Assembly: GCA_002687715.1 (NCBI GenBank)
Contig: NZBC01000048.1
Span: 6,402-70,401 of the forward strand
Direction of reading: 5' to 3'
Length of the DNA stretch: 64,000 bases
Origin: Planctomycetota bacterium
Lineage (GTDB): Bacteria; Planctomycetota; GCA-002687715
The position numbers and the translations under genes were made by a program. This document shows, piece by piece, positions 58,453-64,000 of the stretch (position 1 is its first letter; every line of letters starts with the position of its first letter). The notes beneath the pieces were generated by a model. It was not told the origin of the DNA and made no database searches. It worked only from the letters and a program-made list of their open reading frames with translations.

Positions 58453-60990
58453 TCAGCGGATGACGGCGAGCGCCGGACGGACGCCCAGGACGGGCTGCGC
58501 GACGCGAGGGGTCACCCGATCCCGAGTCGCGACGCTGCGGCTGGCCACGTTGATCGCGAAGAAGGACCCGCGCCGGACCCGCATGGATGCGTCCACCTCG
58601 AGGTCCGGGGTCACCGTCATCGGCTCGCCGTCCACGAAGGGATCCGCACACCACTCGGCGAGATTGCCGATGACGCCATGCAGACCGAACGGATTCGGGG
58701 GAAACGCGGCGACGGGCGAGTGAAAGACATGCCCGTCATCCAGCTTGGTGTGGTTCCCGCTGTGCGCCGCGTGGAATCGGAGGTCGGCCGTGTTCGCGTT
58801 GCGAGCCGCCTCGACGAGGTCCTTTCCCGTGTGCCACACCGTGGAGGTCCCACCGCGCGCAGCGCGCTCCCACCACGCCTCGATCGGCAGGACGAGCCCG
58901 ACGCGGGCCAGTGCATTGCGCGCGTCGTACCAGTCGATCCGCTCGACCGGACGGAGCGGCGCCACGTGAAGACTCGGGTTCGATCCGGTGATCCGCTCCC
59001 ACTGATCCTGGGTCATCTCGTACTTGGAGATGAAGAACGGACCGAGGTCGGCCTCGATGACGCCCCGGGCCTGGCGTCGCTCGAGAAGCGACGTCGGGAT
59101 CGGGTTGCCGACGAAGTTCGGCGCCTTGGCATCGCTGATCTGGAACCCGAGGTGGCACGGGCCACCCGGAATGAGCACCAGTACCACGGCCGAACCCGGG
59201 GCCAGCTGAAGCCGGCCGTTCTGGTCGCGCTTCGGCGGCTCCCCCGTCAGCAGATACGCGAACTCGAAGAGCCTCGACTTCTTGTCCTGGCCGAGCGGCA
59301 GCAGTCCGAGCTGGGGTTTGATCACCAGCCCGCGGTACCTCGGCTCGCCGCGAATCCCCTCGACCGCTGCATCCCAGGCATCGCCGGCTTCGACGAGTGA
59401 CCGTCTCTCGAGGTTCGCCGCCGTCGCCCGCCGCGCGGCCATCTTCACGACGAGGGGACGCAGATCCTCGATGCCCTGGACGACCTCCTTCAGGATGCGG
59501 ATCCGGTCGGGAGCGCCCGGTTCCTCCGGCCGCTCCAGAAGATCAGCGAGGCGGCGGCGGGCCGCGGGGAGGCGCTCCTCGACCCGGGTCGCGTCCACGA
59601 GCCACTCGTCGATCTCCTCGAGCTTCGACGGGACCGCGGGCCAGTGCTTGTCGAACGTCGAACGCAGCCGGTTCGTCCCCCAACCGCTGCGAAGCGCACG
59701 CCAGTCACCTAGTCGCGCCTGCGACAGGTGGAAGTTCCGCTGCGCGCGGTTCATGCCGATCCACGACCCGGCGAACCCGATGAGCGCGAGGAGCAACGCT
59801 GCGGCGACGTACGGGTTCCGCTGCACCCATCGCCGCAACCGCAGGACCGGCCCGGCGGGGCGCGCGAGGATCGGACGCCGCTCCCGCAACCGGCGGAGCT
59901 CGTCGGCGAGGTGCTCAGCGGTCTGGTAACGGCGGTTCCGGTCCTTCTCCAGCGCGGTTCTGGCGACGACCTCGATGTCCTTGCCGATGGAGCGGTTGTG
60001 ACGCCGCAACGGCGCGGGCTCCGTCTCCGCGATCGCCCGATAGAGCCCGTGTCGGGACACGGCCTGGAACGGTCGTTCGAGGGCAAGGCACTCGTAGAGC
60101 ACGACACCCAGCGCCCACACGTCGGCCCGCCGATCAGGCACGCCCGATTCCGCATCGATCTGTTCGGGGGCCATGTACGACGGCGTGCCGAACACGTCAC
60201 CGGTACGGGTGAGGTCGTCGTCGAGATCGTCGTCGCGCGCCAGCCCGAAGTCGAGCAGAACGGGGCGCCCGTCGATGCCGATCATGACGTTACCGGGTTT
60301 GAAATCGCGGTGGACGATGCCCACCTCGTGCGCGGCGTGCAGCGCACGGGCACAGTCCTCGACCAAGCGCAGGACATCGTCGAGCGCGCCGCGGGTCCTC
60401 GGGGTCTCCGGACTCGTCGACGGTACCTCCGCCGCCATCGCGGACACCTCGTCCTCGGTGGCAGCGGTGAGCAGAGTCGACATGGCGTGGTCCAAGCTCT
60501 CCACCCGGCCATCACGGGCGCGGGAGATGCGGGTCGCCAGCGACTCTCCCTCGACGTGGCGCATCGCGATGAACGGCAGCCCGTCCTGGACGCCCGTCTC
60601 GAACACGGGACAGATCGAGGGGTGATCGAGACGCGACGCGATCCTCGCTTCGCGCCGGAAGCGCTCGAAGTGGAGCAACGCGCCGGGACCGTGAGCATGC
60701 AGGAGTTTGAGCGCGACCTGCCGCGACAGGCGGGTGTCGTCAGCGAGCCACACGCTCCCCTGCCCACCGCTACCGAGTTCGTGCACGAGCCGGTACGGGC
60801 CGAAGCGGTCGTCCGCCGGGTCCGCCGTCACCCGCGGCACCTCCGGCTTGGTTCCGGCTCGCGTCGTAGCTTCCTGGCTCAGCTCGTCGAAGATGTCGAG
60901 ATAGCGGCGCGGTGGCCCGACGTCGCCGCGCTCCTTGTCCTGGACGAACGCCTCCAGCATACGTTCCAGTGGCGACGCGGGGCCGGTCAT
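58453..60990 (-). CDS. Ser/Thr protein kinase with a C-terminal FGE-sulfatase (SUMF1) domain
   Basis: LGSGGQGSV, VALK, HRDFKPGN, DFGLA and GTPSYMAPE motifs; TM; YEMTQDQW, WERAARG and NPFGLHGVIGNLAEWC. Confidence 0.92.
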   Translation of the reverse strand: MTGPASPLERMLEAFVQDKERGDVGPPRRYLDIFDELSQEATTRAGTKPEVPRVTADPADDRFGPYRLVHELGSGGQGSVWLADDTRLSRQVALKLLHAHGPGALLHFERFRREARIASRLDHPSICPVFETGVQDGLPFIAMRHVEGESLATRISRARDGRVESLDHAMSTLLTAATEDEVSAMAAEVPSTSPETPRTRGALDDVLRLVEDCARALHAAHEVGIVHRDFKPGNVMIGIDGRPVLLDFGLARDDDLDDDLTRTGDVFGTPSYMAPEQIDAESGVPDRRADVWALGVVLYECLALERPFQAVSRHGLYRAIAETEPAPLRRHNRSIGKDIEVVARTALEKDRNRRYQTAEHLADELRRLRERRPILARPAGPVLRLRRWVQRNPYVAAALLLALIGFAGSWIGMNRAQRNFHLSQARLGDWRALRSGWGTNRLRSTFDKHWPAVPSKLEEIDEWLVDATRVEERLPAARRRLADLLERPEEPGAPDRIRILKEVVQGIEDLRPLVVKMAARRATAANLERRSLVEAGDAWDAAVEGIRGEPRYRGLVIKPQLGLLPLGQDKKSRLFEFAYLLTGEPPKRDQNGRLQLAPGSAVVLVLIPGGPCHLGFQISDAKAPNFVGNPIPTSLLERRQARGVIEADLGPFFISKYEMTQDQWERITGSNPSLHVAPLRPVERIDWYDARNALARVGLVLPIEAWWERAARGGTSTVWHTGKDLVEAARNANTADLRFHAAHSGNHTKLDDGHVFHSPVAAFPPNPFGLHGVIGNLAEWCADPFVDGEPMTVTPDLEVDASMRVRRGSFFAINVASRSVATRDRVTPRVAQPVLGVRPALAVIR

Positions 60991-62939
60991 CAGAAACTCA
61001 CGAGCAGGAGGTAATCGAACTGCCCCGACGCGCCCGTGCTCATCACGTGCCGCACGCGGAGCACGTCCATCATCCCCTGCGCCACGAACGGCGTATCGGG
61101 ATCCGTAGTCGGGTTCGTGGCCGGCCCCGGGATGCCCGACATCCCCGCGAACGCCGCAGTGCCCGGACCGCCGTTCTGCTGCTCACGAATCAACACCAGA
61201 CCGGACGGAGCGTCGATCATGTGCTGCAGGAAGAGGTCGTGCCGCGGGCCCGGTGGCAGCGGGAGCTGGCTCTGCGGGTTCATCGAACACATCGCACCGG
61301 GGAACATCGAGCAGCGCGTGATGAGCTGATCAGTGAGGGGGTCGACCTCGCAAAGGACGGCGCGGATGGAGACGTTCGCCGGGAGGAGCTTGAGGCCCCA
61401 GAGGTCGGCGTCCCCCGGGCCGAGGAAACCGCGCATGGCCTGGATCTCGTTGGGATCGGAGAAGAACCCGCCCGATGGATCGGTGCTGGGACCGGTCTGC
61501 GGCGACTCCGATCCGATCAACGACGCCGGCGGATGCACGAACACCCACGCCTCCATCTGGTCGGAGTTCGGGAAGTAGGTTCCGCTGGTCGACGTCACGA
61601 CGACCGGCCCGCCCAGCCCGTCCTCATGCGCGGGCAGGAGGCGGAACAGGATCTCGTTGGGACGCACGACCCAGATGTCCGCCTCGATCCCGTTCACTTC
61701 GATCTTCGCGGTAGACGGGTCGGTCGCGTCGAAGCCGGCGCCGAGCAGGCTGAACAGGGTGCCGTCGGCGACTCCAGCCGCGCTCGCAGCGTGACCATGG
61801 TTGGGCACGATCGCATCGCGCGCGAACGGGTAGGGGTTGCCCCCGCTGGTCAGTGGGGGAATCTGAGGCGGATTCGCCGGCACCGAAGGCTGCACGCCGA
61901 TGTCGTTACGCGGCGTGAGCGCGTACCCCGTGACGGAACCGGGGTCCGGCGAGATGCCCTGCAGGTGGAAGATGAAGCCGTTGGCATTGGGCAGGGTATA
62001 GGTGAACGCATAGTCGCCGTTGGCATCCGTCACCCAGGGGCCGGGACAGATCGCCAGGACCTGGCACGCCGCTGGCGAGTTGAAGACGCCGGCGCCGTCG
62101 TAGATGACGATGTCGAGACTGCTGAGATCGAGAGTATCGTTGCCGATCAGCGCATTCGACGTGAGAGGCTGCCCGTGGACGAGCGACACCGGGGTGTTCG
62201 GCGCGACGGCGCCCTGACGTGACGTGACGGACGTGCCCGGCGTCCCCCAGTACTCGTAGGGTCCGGAGCCCTGACGCACGAGCCCGCTCTGATCGAGGGT
62301 CGCGCCGGCATGATCGCGCTGTCCAGCAACGGGAGACCTCCTACGATTCGAGAACGCGAACATCGACTCGTCCGCACGCCCCCCGACCGTGATCTCGAGC
62401 GTCTCGTCACCCACGTGCTGGGGCGTCTCCGCGAGCGCACCCGGCAACGGGACGATCTCGATGCGGATGCGATCTCCCGGCCGCGCATGCACGTTGTCCG
62501 CACCGTCCTCCGGCGCCCGGCGGTAGTAGCAGGTGCACTCCTCGATCGGATAGACACCGACATTGGTCACGGTGCGCACGCGACACGTCCCCGCCACCGG
62601 CACCCCGTTCTTCATCATGTCCGGACACGTCCCACCGCTACACGAGGCGGCGGGCGAGGCCGCGTTGCAAGCCACGCCGGGGATATCGATCATCACGATC
62701 TGCACCGAGATCGTCGGCGCACCGCCACCCGCCGGAATGTGGGTCGTCCGCAGCTCGAACGAATAGTCGCCCCCGACGGTCGTCGCGACGTCGAACAACG
62801 CCACGACCTTCAAGGCCCCTGGGTCCACGCCGGGTTCCAGGCGGATCCCCGAGGCGGAACGGTTCCTCACCTGCGCGGGGATGGTTGCTGTCGCCAGCAA
62901 GGCGACGGTCAGAAAGAGCTTCAAGCGCATCGTAGGCAT
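60990..62939 (-). CDS. Secreted hypothetical protein (Cys-rich N-domain, IPT/TIG-like module)
   Basis: GGAGG RBS; signal peptide ending ATIPA-Q; LLGAGFD...IEVNGIEA...EILFRL segment. Confidence 0.75.
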   Translation of the reverse strand: MPTMRLKLFLTVALLATATIPAQVRNRSASGIRLEPGVDPGALKVVALFDVATTVGGDYSFELRTTHIPAGGGAPTISVQIVMIDIPGVACNAASPAASCSGGTCPDMMKNGVPVAGTCRVRTVTNVGVYPIEECTCYYRRAPEDGADNVHARPGDRIRIEIVPLPGALAETPQHVGDETLEITVGGRADESMFAFSNRRRSPVAGQRDHAGATLDQSGLVRQGSGPYEYWGTPGTSVTSRQGAVAPNTPVSLVHGQPLTSNALIGNDTLDLSSLDIVIYDGAGVFNSPAACQVLAICPGPWVTDANGDYAFTYTLPNANGFIFHLQGISPDPGSVTGYALTPRNDIGVQPSVPANPPQIPPLTSGGNPYPFARDAIVPNHGHAASAAGVADGTLFSLLGAGFDATDPSTAKIEVNGIEADIWVVRPNEILFRLLPAHEDGLGGPVVVTSTSGTYFPNSDQMEAWVFVHPPASLIGSESPQTGPSTDPSGGFFSDPNEIQAMRGFLGPGDADLWGLKLLPANVSIRAVLCEVDPLTDQLITRCSMFPGAMCSMNPQSQLPLPPGPRHDLFLQHMIDAPSGLVLIREQQNGGPGTAAFAGMSGIPGPATNPTTDPDTPFVAQGMMDVLRVRHVMSTGASGQFDYLLLVSF

Positions 62940-62972
62940 CGGGAATCCCTCCGAGACTGCACGGGAGACCAT

Positions 62973-62999
62973 CTGCGGATCCTACTCCCGTGCGTTACG
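62973..62999 (-). promoter_or_regulatory. Putative ECF promoter CGTAACGC-N12-TCCGCAG (overlaps the ECF stop codon)
   Basis: Same motif and spacing as at 58359-58385. Confidence 0.65.
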
Positions 63000-63612
63000 T
63001 CGCTTTCCCGGGTTTCTCCATCTCGACCCGAAGAGCCGCGATCGCCCGGTGCAGCAGGACCCTCACGGCCCCCTCGCTCCGGCCCAGCTGCCCGGCGATC
63101 TCGGCGTGGGACTGGTCGAGGAACCGGGCCATGAGGATGACGTCGCGGTGGTCTCTGGAGAGGCGCTGCAAGGCGGATTCGAGCCGCTGGAGTTCCTCTT
63201 TGTGCTCGGCGGCGCCCGACGGCGTACCCAGCTCGTCGGCGAACGCGGCCGCGATCCGCGACGCCATCGACTCGTCGCCGTCGGCCGGAGCGAGCTCCGC
63301 ATCTCGGCCGGCATCGCGCCGCTCCGCTTTCCAGTAGCGGGCCTTGTCCACGACCTTCCGCAGCGCAGCCTGGTACAGCCAGCGTTTGAAGTGGGTCTCG
63401 CCCTCCCACGCCAGCTCGTCCAGGTCCTGCAGGAGCTCGCGACAGGTGGACTGGACCAGGTCCGAGATGCCTTCCTTCCCCCGGAGCATCTCTCCGGCCC
63501 GCTGGTGCAGGAACCCCTGCAGACCGGGAAGGTGCCGTTCCAGCAACGACTCGACGGCTTGCGCGTCGCCGTCGCGGGCACGGCGGATCAGGGGCAGGCT
63601 GTCCTCGCTCAT
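62995..63612 (-). CDS. ECF sigma-70 factor (kinase-associated type)
   Basis: ISDLVQSTC, FKRWLYQAA, GTPSGAA and SHAEIAGQLGRSEGAVRVLLHRA motifs. Confidence 0.9.
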   Translation of the reverse strand: MSEDSLPLIRRARDGDAQAVESLLERHLPGLQGFLHQRAGEMLRGKEGISDLVQSTCRELLQDLDELAWEGETHFKRWLYQAALRKVVDKARYWKAERRDAGRDAELAPADGDESMASRIAAAFADELGTPSGAAEHKEELQRLESALQRLSRDHRDVILMARFLDQSHAEIAGQLGRSEGAVRVLLHRAIAALRVEMEKPGKAT

Positions 63613-63700
63613 CGCGCGACCATCATACGGGCGACCGGCCCACCCGAATCCCGATTTCCCTTTGGTCGAACTGCCATCCGGGGCATCCTCAAAGGTCGTC

Positions 63701-64000
63701 ATGCCTACGGATGTCGAGCTCCTCCGCGCCTACGTCGATCAGGAAGATCGGTCGGCCCTGGACGCCCTCTTCGGGCGGCACTACGCGGCCGTCTATCACG
63801 TGACCCTGCGCCTCGTCGGCCACGAATCGGACGCCCGCGACCTCACGCAGATCGTGTTCCTGAAAGCGCTGCGAGCCGCCCTCCACGTCGATCAGGGCGC
63901 CGCGTTCCGGCGCTGGCTCTTGCGGATCGCCGTGAACCCTGAAGGCGACGGACTGCGCGGGAACATCATCCTGCCCGACGGCGTCGAAGGCGGGATGATC
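63701..64000 (+). CDS. ECF sigma-70 factor N-terminus (partial, possibly chimeric)
   Basis: MPTDVELLRAY...DARDLTQIVFL...FRRWLLRIAVN followed by sequence that does not look like a sigma factor; runs off the window. Confidence 0.7.
   Translation, partial: MPTDVELLRAYVDQEDRSALDALFGRHYAAVYHVTLRLVGHESDARDLTQIVFLKALRAALHVDQGAAFRRWLLRIAVNPEGDGLRGNIILPDGVEGGMI

Noticed and set aside
58453-59300. FGE domain as the maturase for the sulfatase
   Set aside because: It is fused to a kinase beyond a TM helix and lacks the catalytic Cys pair (RRGSFFAIN); this architecture is more consistent with a sensor or binding role.
1-64000. tRNA (including tRNA-Sec), rRNA, integrase or transposase, defence systems
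   Set aside because: None recognised by eye; a covariance-model or HMM scan would be needed to exclude them.

Overview
A 64-kb, very GC-rich chromosomal window that is most likely from a Planctomycetota genome. This is inferred from the DUF1549/DUF1553 planctomycete cytochrome-c proteins, a DUF1501 protein, sulfatases, four ECF sigma factor genes and ECF-linked Ser/Thr kinases. It is dominated by secreted proteins (two S8 proteases, a tandem double sulfatase, an S9 peptidase-hydrolase fusion, a beta-helix protein, a TIGR03790-type protein and several orphans). It also carries apaG, a type IIA topoisomerase pair, an AlgI/AlgJ-like O-acylation pair, a partner-switching module and REP-like repeats. 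The main observations not visible in the ORF track are: (1) two in-frame-UGA UxxC selenoproteins (ArsC-like and an exported TlpA-like redoxin), each with a SECIS-like hairpin; (2) a shared ~115-aa C-terminal domain on unrelated secreted enzymes, a candidate undescribed sorting or anchoring domain; (3) about 17 signal peptides with Gln at +1, a 'Q-rule' outside Bacteroidota; (4) an identically spaced ECF-type promoter motif (CGTAACGC-N12-TCCGCAG) upstream of two secreted genes in an ECF-kinase locus; (5) a probable CTG start for the topoisomerase A subunit; and (6) many deletion-generated gene remnants and chimeras. No rRNA, tRNA, CRISPR array or transposase was recognised. All family assignments come from motif recognition by eye, not from database searches.
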